DNA from: Balanoglossus misakiensis
Lineage: Eukaryota; Animalia; Hemichordata
Length of the DNA stretch: 64,000 bases
Direction: 5' to 3'
NCBI GenBank assembly: GCA_040954595.2
Contig: CM082586.2
Coordinates: 929,630-993,629, forward strand
Shown here: positions 1 through 14,700 of the stretch, piece by piece
Layout of the letters: each line of letters starts with the position of its first letter
How positions within the stretch are numbered: the first letter of the stretch is position 1
Translations under genes and position numbers: made by a program
Notes under the pieces: model-generated
Database searches by the model: none
Told to the model about the DNA's origin: nothing
Seen by the model: only the letters and a program-made list of their open reading frames with translations

Positions 1-829
1 GAGGTGCATAAGTGTCTAATATATCACTGACACATTTCCATGACAACCACTCATCAGAAACTGTCAAAATTTAATTTTCGTCAAGTGGCGTATGGTGTAA
101 CTTAACACACATGTTCTTCAGATAGTGATGTATTGGTCTGTTAATGTAATACGTACCCAATGATTGTAAATTATCACATTTAGAGGCAGGATATTGATCT
201 GAATAACACCCTCTTTTTACGTCCATGGTCAAACTGACTGACTAAATATTTGAGTGTCAACAATTCCGTGATTTCCATTTTAATTCATTCCTCCTTCAAG
301 GATACAGGGATTTTGAACTGTCTAATTGTTTTCTGAAGTGCACAATCACGCACACTTTGTGTTGACTTTGGTTATGCGAAGATTCTCAAAGATTCTTTGC
401 ACTTTGCTGAATTTAGCTGAAAGAAATAGTTCTCCAGTGCAGTGTGCTTGTAACGCAGGGACTGGCAGTATCTAGGTTACAGTGAATTCATCATGAAGAC
501 ATTGTTGAGAATCAGAGCTCTGCATTGCAGTGAAACCAGACAGAATTCCGTGTCTGCGGTGAAAAATAGATTGCATTCTCGCTTTGTTTCACACGGTTTA
601 TTGAATGATAACAGTGGGAGCTTTCACGGAGTCACGAACGAACGCCGGAGTCTCAGAATCAGTAAAAAAATAAAGTCTGCGAATCATCACCCCCTACTGG
701 TTCACGGCAATTGTCCGGGTGCAGACAAATCGCATTATAAGGGGAGTGCTCGTTGCCTGCGGGCCAGTTGGAGCAAACCAAATGTGTTATGTAGTGTGAG
801 TAGTGAACACTGGGTGAGGTGCCAAAAGT

Positions 830-1062
830 GGGCGGAGTCAGCCACCCAGATATCCAGAAATCCCTGCGGGCGCAAACACTTGATTTGCATAAAACCAATA
901 GAAAAAAAGAAGGGACTGGTTTAAGAACAGATGCTGTCTGCATACCTGATTTTTTCTATAAGGACAATCATCATGTGTTATCCCAAGTGAGATTGTTCTA
1001 GCCTCTACTGGCAGACGTGTGCTTTCTTCTGTGATGTCTACATCTGTTTCTTAGTGGTGAGT
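830..1062 (+). promoter_or_regulatory. Candidate Sulf promoter and non-coding first exon
   Basis: GC box GGGCGGAG at 830, octamer ATTTGCAT at 883, CCAAT at 895, consensus donor GTGAGT at 1057, CpG-richer DNA nearby. The first coding exon has an acceptor at 23898-99, so upstream UTR exons are expected. Confidence 0.35.
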
Positions 1063-3439
1063 ACTGCTCGCTTGTCATTGGCTCGCACAAAAAAATATCA
1101 GTTTCTTTGAGACGGGTTCAGTTGCCACATTGCCGTGTCTTTGATCTTGACCTTTGGTGGTTATTCCAATATGTCATTGACTGTGTAAGGTCATTTCTTA
1201 AAGGAATTTTCTCCCTCAATCTTGTACAAATATTGGTGATACATGTACTTGTACGCCGTCTCCTAACGGCGATTGAGACAGACTGATGGTCCGTACGGGG
1301 AATTCAGACCACAGATTGGCCGAAGCACTTCAGATATCCGTTATTGTCCATGAACACAATGTTTGTATGGGTGAAGTGATGAGGAGAATTTGTTAAGAAC
1401 AAAAGAGATCTGGAAATCAGAGGCTTGAGCGCTCGCTTCAAATCATCATTGTATGACGCGGTCTCGTAGCGGCGCGTAAGTTCGCTGCGAATATCGACAA
1501 AAAGCGTTCAACGGCGTACTGAGTCATTCTCCGCGAGAACAAAGAAAACTGGGTGTGCCGCAGAAAAAAAAATCATGAATTTTGATAGTTTTAGCATTAT
1601 TTCATAAATCTTAGATTAAATTTTTACTAAATAGATAACATTATGCTTTGTATGTTCCTGTAATAAAAAAACAAGTATTCTTTGGTAATAATTTGTTGTT
1701 TTATGAAACCTTTGAATTTAGGTGTTGAGATGTCAAGGCAGATGAGCAGCATTTTCGCGGTAAAGGGGCTTTGTCTTGTTGATGGTTTTGCATTTTTCAC
1801 ACCAGGTTTTGTGCCCTGAAAATGAAAGAGATTCCCTTTTTTTCCACTCGACAATCTTCAATCCTTGTCGAGTTGGAATACGAAAACACTGATTATACGG
1901 TTTTGGAAATGAAACACTTGAGTAGACCGCAAGGACAGCTGTATTGCTTCTTTATGTTCAAAGATTTTTATCACCGAAGCCTGACTTGTAAAAAACAAAA
2001 ATCTGAGAATTGATGAGGAAAAGATAGCTGGGTGGAGGCCCTTGTTATCAAGCAAAATAAAAAAATGTGAAGGGTCCGTATAAATCACAGGTGTTTGTTA
2101 GTATTGTGAAATGAAGAATGATCTTGTTTTGTCAGGTTCTGTCTCACGGAAGACGTCTCTTGTCTTTTTTGTGTGTGAGGTCGCGGCTGAACTACTGCAG
2201 AATTGTTTTTATAATTTTAAAAGATGCAACTTTTTCTGAACCCAACCCTGATTTTCCTGTGATCAGCGCCCTCTATGAGAAGACCTGTCCCATGGCCATA
2301 AATCAGCCACATTTTGGGGGAAAAAACCTGAAGAAATTTAGACATGGCGTTTGATGCAAAAGGGTGTTGTTTAGTCTACTAGGTGTGATTTCAACACATG
2401 TTTGTGCTTCACGGACTTGGGGTGTGTTTGCCCTGGTTCTTGAAGTAGTACATGTGTGGTATCACCCGAATTCTGTTTTCAATTCCAACATACCAATTTT
2501 ATTCAGTCTAATTTCCATGTGGAAAATGATCACAAACTACATGCTTTTTTTTTCCGCATTCCTAAACTGATACTGCTCACAAAAATTTAAATGCATCTTG
2601 CAATAATCTGTGACGTGCATAATTCTGGAACGTACCCTTGACAAAAATCCTTCGGCTTTGCAGAAGATGCCATTTAGCGCTCTTAAAAAGCAAAGACGGG
2701 ATTCCGTGACCCTGATCATTTTCGTTCACGTCTGTTGTTCAGTTGACTGATATAATGTAGGCGAGTGAAAAAATCATAATGAGATAAGTGTAATCTTTAG
2801 TGCGTATTCCTGTCAGACTTTATGATATCATTTTTCATATTTTTGAGATTCTGAATAAATGAAATGATCCACTGTCAAGATAGTGCATGTGTATCAGATG
2901 ATTAATGCATGGTTAATGGTCGCCTTACACTTCAATCTGTCATGTTCAAGGTGGACTCAGTGGCATCCATGTCTGTCAGACATGATTGATGATAATATGA
3001 TTGTGCATTATTATTAATCTTTTGAAAGGTTCTCGTGTCCTCTAGTTGTGTTCTTGGCATTCTGATCAAATGAGCTGATACCTCATCATAATGTGTGTGT
3101 GTGCGATGATAGACAATTATCTTGTCTGGCGCTGAAGTGCACTGTCCCTACTTTTAAGGCCAAGCCGCTCAAATGTATCCTAATGGGTGATCAAATCATG
3201 TTTTTAAAAGACCATAAGAATGAGATTATGATATTTTCTATTCTGTGGAATTTTGTGTGTCTATAAAAGTAGGGAAGGTTGTACTCTAAACTGCCTTGTT
3301 TTTCAGGGTTTTTTTTCTTATAGGGAAGATCAAATTGTCAGCATTATCAAACCTGCCCCGAGACTGAAGTTACCATGATGTCTGAAGTTAATTAGTACCT
3401 GTTAGACATTTTAAGGATGTTTACTCTGCAAGCTGAATG

Positions 3440-3632
3440 TTAAAGGTATACGGTCACCTATGCAAATTTAGCCACAGTTACCATGGTAAATTGGGATCTA
3501 GCCAATCGCTGATTTTCAGTGGGTGGCACACGCGAAAACAAGAGCGCCACCATATGTTCTTTAGAACGCTCAAATACGCCATTTCAGCCATATATGGGTG
3601 TATGTAAATTGGAGGTGACCGTATACCTTTAA
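3440..3632. mobile_element. MITE with TTAA flanks and AGG...CCT termini (Kolobok-like non-autonomous DNA transposon)
   Basis: 20-bp perfect inverted repeat TTAAAGGTATACGGTCACCT (3440-3459) / AGGTGACCGTATACCTTTAA (3613-3632). Confidence 0.8.
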
Positions 3633-3799
3633 TGTGGTAGACAGAAAACAAGGTCAATTTGGGATAATTGCTAATGAGTGGTCGCTGCCCATTGTCCGCA
3701 GAAGTGGTCTGAGTGTTAGTGGATACAACCTTGGCAACCTTTGTCTTGCCAGTAATTATCAGCCAATTGTGAAAACTAACTGAAAATACATGACTTAAG

Positions 3800-3892
3800 T
3801 TAACCCTTTCACCACCATGGTTCAGTCTAAACCTATTGTTTTCTATGGGTAGGTTGGACCTCTGAAGAGGGAACTGGGGGTGAGAGGGTTAA
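3800..3892. mobile_element. Short piggyBac-like MITE (TTAA-CCC...GGG-TTAA), copy 1
   Basis: TTAACCCTTTCACC ... GGTGAGAGGGTTAA; homologous over its whole length to 33310-33404 in the opposite orientation. Confidence 0.75.
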
Positions 3893-5343
3893 GTCACCAA
3901 TCAGAAATGAATGACTTTCACCAATGGTTCACTCCAAACTCATGGTGACATTTCATGCTTGTCTACATTGGCAATCGACTTGAGAAGTAAAATAATCAGA
4001 CGACATACCATGGCATGATAATGCTGCACAGAACATTCCAGAACTTCCAAGTATTTGAAGAACGAATTTTGCCTGATTCATCTACTTTCCAGAGAGAAGC
4101 AATGAAAAGCTTTGCATCCTTATAATCAAACAGAATTGAACAAAAATGACAAGACTGACCAAATCTTTTAACTTCAGATTTAATGTCCAGTATATTGAGT
4201 AGAGTTTTTTCTCCACTGCATTTATTTTGACCAAGTGTGGTGTACTGTCCATGTACGCCTTGAAATTTTAACCGTTAGCCTGGAGGCAAACTCAAATACA
4301 TGTACCTAAATAACCATTGGATATTGATTTTCACTGTGTATTCATTGCCTTGGCGTATAATGAGATGGGGAGAAAAAACCCAGAGTCAATTTGCTTTCTG
4401 TCAGCGGTTTTGGTGATTGTCGAATGACGTCTCATTATTGGCCCTAGAAGAAGTGGTGGCTTGGTCTCAATTCCTTGGGACAAGATCTTTTAGTGCAGTT
4501 TGTGATTGGTCGGTCAGGGGAAGAGATCTTTGAGTGTAGTTGTGTGGTGATTGGTCCGTCTAAATGACTTTCATCATGTTATGATTTACAGACCATTCAG
4601 AGAAGTCTGCATGGCCAATTCTACTGCATCCATTGGCATCCTGCCGGCAACTGTCAATCAGTCTAGGGCTGTACCATCATTGAACGCAGGGGTGTGTAGG
4701 ATCTACGCCCTGAAGGGACAATGATGGTCAGGCGATAAAATTTTACGATTCTGCGGCTGCGTTTTTGTGATCATGTGGTGAATAAGTTATTATCTTCGGA
4801 GCAAGTGAACTTTCAGTAGTTAAAGATCTCTATAAATCTATCTTTTGTGGGCTCTCAACAGGGTCCCCGAAAGAAGCCGACCGCTCTGTGATTCGGAGAC
4901 CATGTCCCCTTATGGACTTGTCTTTATCTTTTCACACCTAGGCGTCTGAGGTTGGACTGCCCTTGTTGTTACTATTTATGGCCCTTTTATTCAGCCAAGA
5001 CTGGTTTGTGAATCGGGTCATGCGATGTGAAATTGAGACAAGAGGGGAGACCGCATTCACTGACGTCGAGACTATTTGTATAGCTAACAGTAGAGAGAGA
5101 GAGACAGGGTTGATACTGAAGGCTGTGTGTGTAGGTGTTTTCACTTTGAAGTGGTCAATTATTATTGGTGCTTCAACCCCCTGTGAAAGCTGGAGAGTGC
5201 TCAGTGAGTTTGATCTAATAGTACACTTGAATCTGCGGGTGGTGTACGTCTAACACAACCTCCGGACTCACCCACCCAGCCCCTTTCCCCGTCAGTTCCG
5301 ACCATACCCACGACTCATAAAGACTCATCTTGTATCTTCCCAG

Positions 5344-5552
5344 GAAGTGGTGACTGCCAGTCTACCAACCAGCATCTGTGCCACTGATTCGGTTGGGATT
5401 TAATTGATTTCATTGCCACTTGGGAAGTTCCAAGCCTGAAGGGACGGATAGATCTACATCCAGATTTGGTGCGGATACTGACATTAGAAGTTACAGTGAG
5501 TGAACCTCTTTGGTCGTTTGGAAGGTGCTCTGTTTGTGGAAGACAACTTCTG
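5344..5552 (+). other. Candidate Sulf 5' UTR exon
   Basis: Pyrimidine tract plus CAG at 5341-43 and perfect donor TG|GTAAGT at 5553; no coding signal. Confidence 0.3.
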
Positions 5553-5687
5553 GTAAGTTGTTGTTGAGTTATGAATAATGGAATGGTATCTTTACCAACA
5601 GGGTACAATTCTAAGTGATCAAGTTTAACAGCATGACTTAATATTAAATTCTCATCATTTAACTTCTATCTAGGAATTGAATCATAC

Positions 5688-5790
5688 TTCTGGTTGTCAT
5701 CTACACTCGGACATTAGTGCAGCATATCGCCTGACGTGTAGCGGAGGGCGATGCGCTACGCTAATGTCCGAGTTTAGATGACAACCAGAA
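5688..5790. repeat. Near-perfect palindromic (foldback) element, about 103 bp
   Basis: TTCTGGTTGTCATCTACACTCGGACATTAGTGCAGC...GCTACGCTAATGTCCGAGTTTAGATGACAACCAGAA, with arms of about 43 bp. Confidence 0.8.
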
Positions 5791-8700
5791 ATTCTCATGC
5801 ATACTTTGCAGTATTTTTGTAATAAAAATATAGAATCTGTGTGTGTCTATCTGTATGGTGGTGTACATGTATGTACACTTTCATCTGCCTGGTTTTGGAT
5901 AGTACAGCTGGCCAGCTTTCATCTTCAACCATGAAGACATTGCTATTTTAACAGATAAGTCTCTTTTCAAACCTGAATAGACACAGGTTGTATCTGATGA
6001 GACTTGAGAATGGCGCAGTAAACACTTGTCTTCAATTATGTGAAGGCACCTCAGGGCAAATCCTTCAACATCCCCAAATAAACTACTCTGTATGTACATG
6101 TGTGCTTTTAATTCCTTTCACTGGTGTCAGGTACTACATGTATTTTAGGTATGATTGAGAGAATTTTTTTTCAGCATTCTTGGTTTCTTGATATTTCTAT
6201 ATATCGGCCATTGAATAGAGTACCAACATTGGCAGCAATACTACATGTAGCAATTGTTACCGGGGGCGAACTGAGAGATGGCTATTTGACATTTTCTTGA
6301 GTGTCGTGGGAAATGCCAGAGAACAGTGTCCCCCATCTCTGTCATAAAACCATCTTCCGCTCATCAAACGATGCCATTTACAGCGCAAAATTGAAAGGTG
6401 TCGCAGTCAGTGTCCTTCAGAAAAGAATGTTGATCTTTTTATTGCCCCGCGCATCAACCTTTCACCTTAACGAAAACGAGAGAAAACGGAGAAAATCACG
6501 TTCTGTAAGCATGGAACGCATTGTGTGTTAAACACATCTAATGTACTGTGACCCGTACGGGTTTCTGCTGAGTGTTTGCCTCTCAATCGCCAAGGACCCC
6601 GAAGGCCAGACTAAGTTCACACCTATTGTGAGAATTGTGAGAAACGCTACTTTGCATCTGTCGCCGAAAACTATAATTCATCGGGATTCTGCTGTAGAAT
6701 TTTTTCGGTCAAGTCGATCAGTCCAATGTCCGATTTAACCAGCGTAAAGAGGTAAGATAATTTGAGCATCTATAAAGAACAAATGAGGATGTTTGAATCT
6801 CTCAAGGATATCTTCATAAACTCTACTTGACTGTATGTATCAAGGGCGTGTGTATAATCCTGCGTTCATGTCTGTTTTATGACATCCTGGCCTTGCAGTT
6901 GTTTTTAGACTGAGTTGAGAGTGTTCACTGCTGATTCAAATTGCAGTGAATCATGTGTGCTTAACAATACATTCACATTTTGCAGTTGTGGTGAATGTTT
7001 TTTAACCCCCGTGCTAAATTGCCTGATGACAGACCCAACAGCACTGTGGTCTGTGTAGTTATAGATTCAACTCAGTGATGTTGCTAATTATTACAGTAGG
7101 TGAAAGATTCCAATATATCAAATGGTAAAGAAATGCAACTCATGTCATGGGAAAATACCAAAGTGCCAGTAAAATATAGCAAGGTGTTTTAATTAGGCTG
7201 GATCTGTTGACTCCCTGGAATGTATTGCAGCAGTTTTCTACAGTGGAGAGAGATTTAATAAAAAAAACATCTTTTGCAGCATTCTCTCAGATACACAGGA
7301 ATTTGACTGAAAGTGCATATTTTTTATGCTTTGACTCGGATGTCCAATAGTACTGGTTCAAACTCAGTCGACAGTGTTGAGTGGACGTCGTCTCTTGAAG
7401 CCACAGACTTCTTGGTATGCTGCACCAAGTTCAGCACGTTCATAGTTGCCATGCCTCTGCCAATACCACAGTGGCTGGAATTCGCTATCTTTTGTGTAAT
7501 ACTTTCCATGTGTGTGTTTTCTAAACAGCTTAATCACAGGAGTTCATAGTTGACCCATAGTTGTCTTCAAGTCGGACATTTCAACAGCATTCCAGTCAAA
7601 GATATTTCAGCTGCGTAAATTGAGGAATACAGTGAAGTGCATACATGGATTTGAAAAGATAATAGTGCACCATAAAGATAACAGAGTGCTGCTTCAGTTT
7701 TTCACCCCATTTGGTATTTCGTGTCTCCGTATGTAATTATGGTCAAGCGCACAGGTACCCGAGAATGATTCTGGAGCCTGTACTAGGCAAGGGAAAGAGA
7801 AGAAAACCGGACATTTCAAATGATTTCTGGGAGTGAATGTTGGCTTTGTGAGAAAATGCCACAAAAAATCAATAACCATCGTCCCTCCCAAATTGTCTGC
7901 AATGTTTTATATGGAACCTCCACCCTGGTGTAATTATTCTTCTGTGATTGCACATAGAGCTTTAGAACAAAATCAAATAGGATCAGCTGCACCATTTGCT
8001 CTGGACATCGTTAGGCCAAGTACTGCCATTTCAGAACGCCATGATTACAGGGACAAGGTGTAATTTTTCTCTCGATCCTTTTCTATATCAGCAAAGTGCC
8101 GCCACAAAAGATTGGCATGATTGCTTGATTTATTCCCAGCTCTCTCACGCACGTAACAAGTTAGCCGTATAATTAACCTGTACTCTACCCCCTGTGAGAT
8201 GCAATGCACGTGTAAAAATAGACAACATCTTCATATTTCAGGCAGAATCATTGTGAACAGTGCTCTAAATTGTGCGATGGATTAGTTTATTGCACTTAAC
8301 TGACCTGGTGCATTGAAAATTGACTTGGAAAAATCCCAAGGGTACTTTGTTGCATCACTTTGGTTATATTCAGTACGAGCCAGAATTGTAAAGATTGATT
8401 CTAGAATGTCTGGAATGGAATGGAACGGACTGAAGTGAGAGAATTCCTTTTGAGCCAGTGAAAATACCCATAGAAGCAATTTTGTAAAAAATAATTATCA
8501 ATCACACTTGTTTTGATGTCTGCCAGTGGTATAAGCCCTGAGCTATGGTGTCTGTTCATGCATGGCCTTGGACTTTGCACACAAACTACAAAGCATGAAA
8601 CTCTGTGATTGGCAGAGCATGGCTGTAGCTGTATTGATTTCCAGCTCACTTGTCACAGAATAAACTTTCTCACTGCAAGTTGAACTTGATCCTCACAGCT

Positions 8701-11700
8701 TTTATTTGTAAGTGGCAGTTTCAAGTTGACCTCCCGTTCTCTTTCTTTGTGGTGGCTGTCACCATAGTAACAACAGCAGCATCCAGGGGCCTACCTAACC
8801 TGCTGTTCAGGGAGCTTTCATTGTTGGAATGGGATGAGGGTTCTGTTCAAGATGACCCCCCTTCCTTACCACTTCAGCATCCTACCTACTTTAATAGAGG
8901 TCATCATTGCAAATGTAAATACAGTACATGTACTTGAAGCAAGATATATGTTCCATACAGATTGTAAATTTGCCTCCTCTAGCAGTTTAAGTTTAATTAA
9001 AACAGGGAGACATGATTAGTTCCATAACAAATGTACCATAACTCACAGTGATGTTATCAGACCCCTTCACATGGGTAATGTAAACATGGTACAAGTAAGC
9101 AACAGTGACTATATAGGACTGTTGAATAGGGCAACTGCACTTTTTCCCTATGGGCATTTGTACTGTATTACATGTGTACATTAGTTTATCAAACATCCAC
9201 TGGGTTCAACACTAATGTTCAGGCCCCACCCTGGTCTAGATCAAATTAGTCGAGAGTGTTGAATCTTTCTTTTGCTGAGCAGTCCAGCCATTAATCCGGC
9301 CAACATTCTAGTCTGCCTTTTCTTGGCTCAGAAACCTATTACCGGTACCGGTAGTGGTAGACTAGATACTTAAAGCTATTGAACACAACTGAATGACACC
9401 ATTACTACTGGATGGAAACCAGTATATCCTAAATTGGGAATTGAACTCAATCTGCGTTAAGCCACTGTTGCATCACTCCACACTCAATTTGCACAGAAAG
9501 GGTCCAGCTTCCACTAAATTAATCGATAACCTTGCCAACAGATTGCCATAATACGCTCTGGACGCCAATCATGCCAAATTTGCTTCTTTAGAAAAGCTCA
9601 GCTTCCACAGCTCAATAATCCCTCCCTGCAATTTTCTCCCTCATTTGTTGAAATCTGGCTAGTGCCTTTGACGTTGGCCGGTCGTAGATCATTGCCTTAT
9701 CTCGCTCCACTGCTTCCCAACACAGTCTGTCTCTGTTTTTAGAAGTTGGCTGGTTTATACAACCGGCCTCATTCTCCCAGTTGGGCATTTAGAATCATCT
9801 CAATAACCAGTGGAGTGTTAAGTTTACATTGCCCAAGAGGAATGCTGTCTTAACTGGTAGATTAGGGCTTTCTTCCCAGGTGATGTGTCCTGTCTGCTAC
9901 ATAGACAAATTTACAGTCTTCTCTTTTATTGGACGACTCCCCAACATTGGTAAAAAACTTCCTAGCTTACCGCTAAAATCCATTCACGGTTGTCAAGATG
10001 CTTGAGACAATTTTGTCTTAAGATTCTAAACGAACTCACACAACAGTTGGAATTGTTCTGAATGTGAAGTGAATCTCTCTTTAATCCATGTGCCTGTGTA
10101 TCTATATGTCTGCCTGTCTGTCTGTCCATCTGTAATGGTAATGGGCACTGATTGCCTCATACATCATGATAAAATTTCCAGTCTCCATTTTTGTGGGCCT
10201 ATCATGTAGCAGTGACTGTGTGTCTGATGTCAACGCTGAGAGTGGCAGCTGCTAATGAGGTGTGTAAATCACTCTATAAAAGTAACCAGCACAGCTACAA
10301 GACCGACTGGCTGTCAAGTTCATTAATCACTCTGAGATTGTGACAGGCATGTGTTCAGGTTGAGCTGCTGGTGTTACCCGGTGACCCATAAGAGCAATCT
10401 GGACACATCCAAATCAGTTGTGTGTTTTTGGGGGCGAGTTCAAATCACAAAAACGGAGCAGATTGTCCAATTAGAGTTTCAAGAAATTCCTTTCGGTTTT
10501 TAACAGGCAAGGGTTCATCAGCACTTTGGAGAAATCAAAGTTTCGTAGACTGGAAGATTTATAAAAGGGGCAATTTTCAATCCCTGGTCCTTGCATTAGC
10601 TCTTATTGACACGGAATGTTTGTGGTGCAAACCCTTTGTTTTCCATTGAAGTCTCTGTAGAGTTAATCCTCAAACTTTCTGAAAATGAAGCTGCACCCTT
10701 CAAATAAGCAAAACTTTTTTGGTCAAACTGTCTTGGGTTCAGAAGTGTTTAAACGCTGCATGACTTTTAAGCAGCCATCCATCGATTGGCAGGACAGTCA
10801 ATCTCTTTCTCTCTCTCTGAGGAGACGTCTTTGCAGAAGAAAGGGCACTTACTCAAAATAGCATTCGGGGATGAAAAGTAGATGTTTGTAGTAACTAGAT
10901 AGTGGCAGCCACTAGGCAAAGCAGAATGTGTTTAACTGACAAATTCTTGGTAAAATGAGACCAAATGTACAAGGACTTTTGGAGTCTAAATTACCCCATG
11001 GCTTGTGCTTCTGTTTGAGGTTCTTCAACCACCATTATTCTCCTCAAAGTGTTTTTTTGTGAGCAGGTAACTCATGGCAACCGGAATATGATACAGGTTT
11101 CGTGAGTGGCCCCTGTCGTTTCCATGTGAAGTTGAATGCATACTTGTATGTGTGTCTACGCATGGAAGCGTCCTATTTAACACAGAGTTGAAATGCCTCG
11201 GACAAGTGTCTGAAATGTCAGATGTGTACTGGGAGAGAAAAAAAGTTTTCTTCACACGTCATGGACTGTGGATTCCACAGGTGCTAAGTTTTCATTTTTT
11301 TTCTCCCCTCAGGGTGGATTTTTCCCCCTTTATTTGACCAGCTGCCAAAATCGTCACAGTGCTGTAACTGCACTGAAGAAGAACCATTATGTCTCATTTG
11401 CTTTTGAAAGTTGGTTGAAATTATCAAGTTTTAATACATTCTCAAAGCAGGAGTCGGCACCCTAAAAGACCCTTCCACTTAAAGCGTACTGACCATCACC
11501 AAGCCCTGTCTGGCTCACACACATTCCAACACCAGTGCTCATTTTCACTCCAAAACAGCATTTAATCCTGATCGCTGATAATCACGTCGAATTTCTGCGT
11601 CTGTGCAGCTGCCAAGAGGGATAAACTCCAGCCATGTGGAAGTATAAACAGGCATTATAGCGGACAGCTTCCGGATCAGCTTTTTTTTCTGGTATAAAGC

Positions 11701-14700
11701 CGGATTGTCCACGCACGGTTGTTCCCTTTTTATTGACATGATCCTTCTAAACTAGCATTGAAATCTCTGGTGGAGCCCAGCAATTGACACAAATCGTTTG
11801 CTTCTCACCGTCTTGCAGTGACCTCAAATTGCTCTATCGGAAAGCTAAAGACTCATGGCCGCAGAGGCATCGTTCCGTGACTGTCCAAAATGAAGGGAAA
11901 TAATTTGTAACATGCCAACGTTTAGTTTAATTCATTCTGCAGTACAAGGAGAGACTTGACACATTTTGAAAAGTGAATCCAAGCAGCCAAGAGACGGAGA
12001 GGAGAAAAGTTTTCTGCAAAAGTGGGTGAAGGTGACAGAATTCAAAAGCCTAAATTGACTCTTTGTGCCGGACTTGGGGAGCAGGTTAACACTGTTCAAA
12101 CAGAACACAAAAATTGTGGTTTCTAAAGACTAGAATGTGCAGAGGCGAGCTGGAGTGGGTCTTATAGGGTTTTTGAAAGACTCGGCTAGAGTGGTGGTAG
12201 GACGAGGCAATCGTACACTGCTTCACATTATGCCGATAGGTCAATTCCTGCATAGATGGACTCTTGAGGTATGTTCTCCTTTGAGTCGGTCTTCACCCCC
12301 GAGTGGGGAGAAATCTCGAGTGAGCACGAATAGGGTGTTGAGAGATATGCCACTTGAGATCTGCTTGAAGTTCCACTGCCTGTTACTTGAGACGTTCTCA
12401 AGAGTGTCAGCTTTGGAGAGCAGTTAATGTATGTACTGCCTGGATGTATTGAATTACTGGGATTGTAGTCCGAGCCCAAACACAGAAGCTGTACAGGTAG
12501 CGCTGTTAAAGGGACATAGCGGTCGTCTATCTTGCATAGTAATGTCTGCCATGCAGTCCCGTTTTACAAGTTGTAATGTTTAAGAGGTATAGGATTTCTG
12601 TTATGAACAATGAATATGAAAGCGTAATAAAGTTGTAATATATATGATTGTGATTTAATGGAGTACTTTTCAACAATATCAAATGTCCAGACTGTAAAAT
12701 AACACCAGAAATCGACATCACAAATAAAGTTGATGAGATCTCATAAAAAGTAACTATAACATGATATGAAACTTTCAGTTTGTAAGCAGATGTTTGACTC
12801 ATTTCTTGTCATATAATATCATATTAGCGCGGTTATTAAATATGATTTATTTGATTTGTAGTGGAGAATACATGTCTTTTTCAATTGTGAAATGCATGTA
12901 CCTCTGTTGCACAATAGTGTTCAAAACCCAAGGTTAGACTGTCTACGGTCGCGGATTAACTGCCCTGGGCACGAAATGCTGGCATTTCAAACAACGTGCC
13001 ACACTCATGCAGTCTGAGAAATTGGCAGTGATAGACTCCAGGGGTGCAACAGGGATAAGCTTTGTAAGAATTGCATCACTGTTTTCTTGGAACCCAGTGA
13101 GGTGTTTGATTGGTGGTTTACCTTGCCATAGGGCAAATTCGAAGACCAATTCACCGTTCTCAGTGTGATTCCTGAAAAACAAAACAGCTGTATAGCCATT
13201 CAGAATTTGCCTTCTCTGGGAAGATTTGGTGGAAGTGAATGAAACTGTCCAAGGACACGTAAAAACACCCCAAAGTTGAATAATGAGGATTTGTTTTAGT
13301 GTAGAGATCTGAGGAGGCTTTATTCAAAGTGGCTGATGAAAGGTAGGAAGTTTTTATCTTCTCAAGTGTTTTACTTACTCTGAATTCTCGGAAAATGTTG
13401 TGTTCATTGTCATTTTAAGTTAACCCATCCATCGATCCATCCAATCAGAGATCTGTATGTCCATGCATCTATACATGAATCCATCAACTCACCCACCCAC
13501 CGATTCAGTCATCTGCAATTCACTGATCCACTTGTTCACCTTCCAAGTTCTAGCCTATCTATTCATGTGACTATCTTTCTGTCCAGCGATCCAGCCATGC
13601 ATGTACATATGCACAACTAATTTGCATATTAACAGTCCAATCATATTCTTGTATTTGATTAAAAACAATGTAAAAATGTCAGTACATTATCTGTATTCAT
13701 GCAGAACTCTTGTGCGTTTTCTTTTTTTCTGATAATCAGTATTGCCTAGATCTCATGTCAAGCCTAGTTGATTTCTGTGACAGCCGGTATTTGTCCGGTT
13801 GGATAGGTCTTGGAATATCGGGGCTTGTGTTGGAAATCGGGGGGGGGGGCTAAAGTCGTCTGTCGCCATTGATAGAGATTTGGCTGGCTAGGCGCAGTCA
13901 AGCAGAATAAACTGGCCTAGAGATAGCAGACACTGATAAGATCTGTTGTGATATGAGGTGGAAAGAAAAGTCAAACCACCTTTTTAAACACAGCCTAAAC
14001 ATTTGTATGGTAATGATGCAACTACATCAAAGAGACCACATTGTGTGTAACGTTCTCAGACAAAGGTAACAGTTGGGATGGACAATAATGTAAACTGTTG
14101 CTTCTTCGATCGTGTCTGGGGAAAGTGTTTGGTTGGACTGTGCTCAAATATGTTAACGCAAAACACAGAAAGTTCCAGAAAACACTCGGTACAATCTGAA
14201 CTAGATGCAACTACATTTGTATATATCTGAGTTATTTACAAATGGATGATAGTGATCGAGATACAGGGGGATTTCTCTGGACTACAAAATGACGGATTGT
14301 GTTTTTCTGTGCAAACCAATGACACGCGACAGCCTGTGCAAAAATTGATACTTAAAACAGCGGTTCACTGATGATGGTTCGCCACTGAGCAGAACATTTG
14401 TTAGCACCAGCCACATACTTTGACAGTAATTGCTCTACAGGGCAGGACCTTGGAGCTATGGAGTCCTAATCACATTACCCTACATTGTCAGGCCACTTTT
14501 TAGAGAGGAAAAAAAATGTTGCATATTTTGCCAACTTTTTAAGAGCCCGCAAGGCCATCGTGAGGTTCCCTGGGAAAGCCTGAGATTGATGAACACATTT
14601 GTGCCATCTGAAAAATAATTTAAAATACTCAAAGAAGCAATAAAGCTTCTGTTAGCTCTACTGTCTGTAACTAAGGCAGGATATTAGACTCAATGTCCAA

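Noticed and set aside
493-924. 143-aa ORF
   Set aside because: No recognisable motif or coding composition; it overlaps promoter-like motifs.
4481-4560. Imperfect two-copy repeat of about 43 bp containing GATTGGTC
   Set aside because: Only two degenerate copies; too weak to assign a function.
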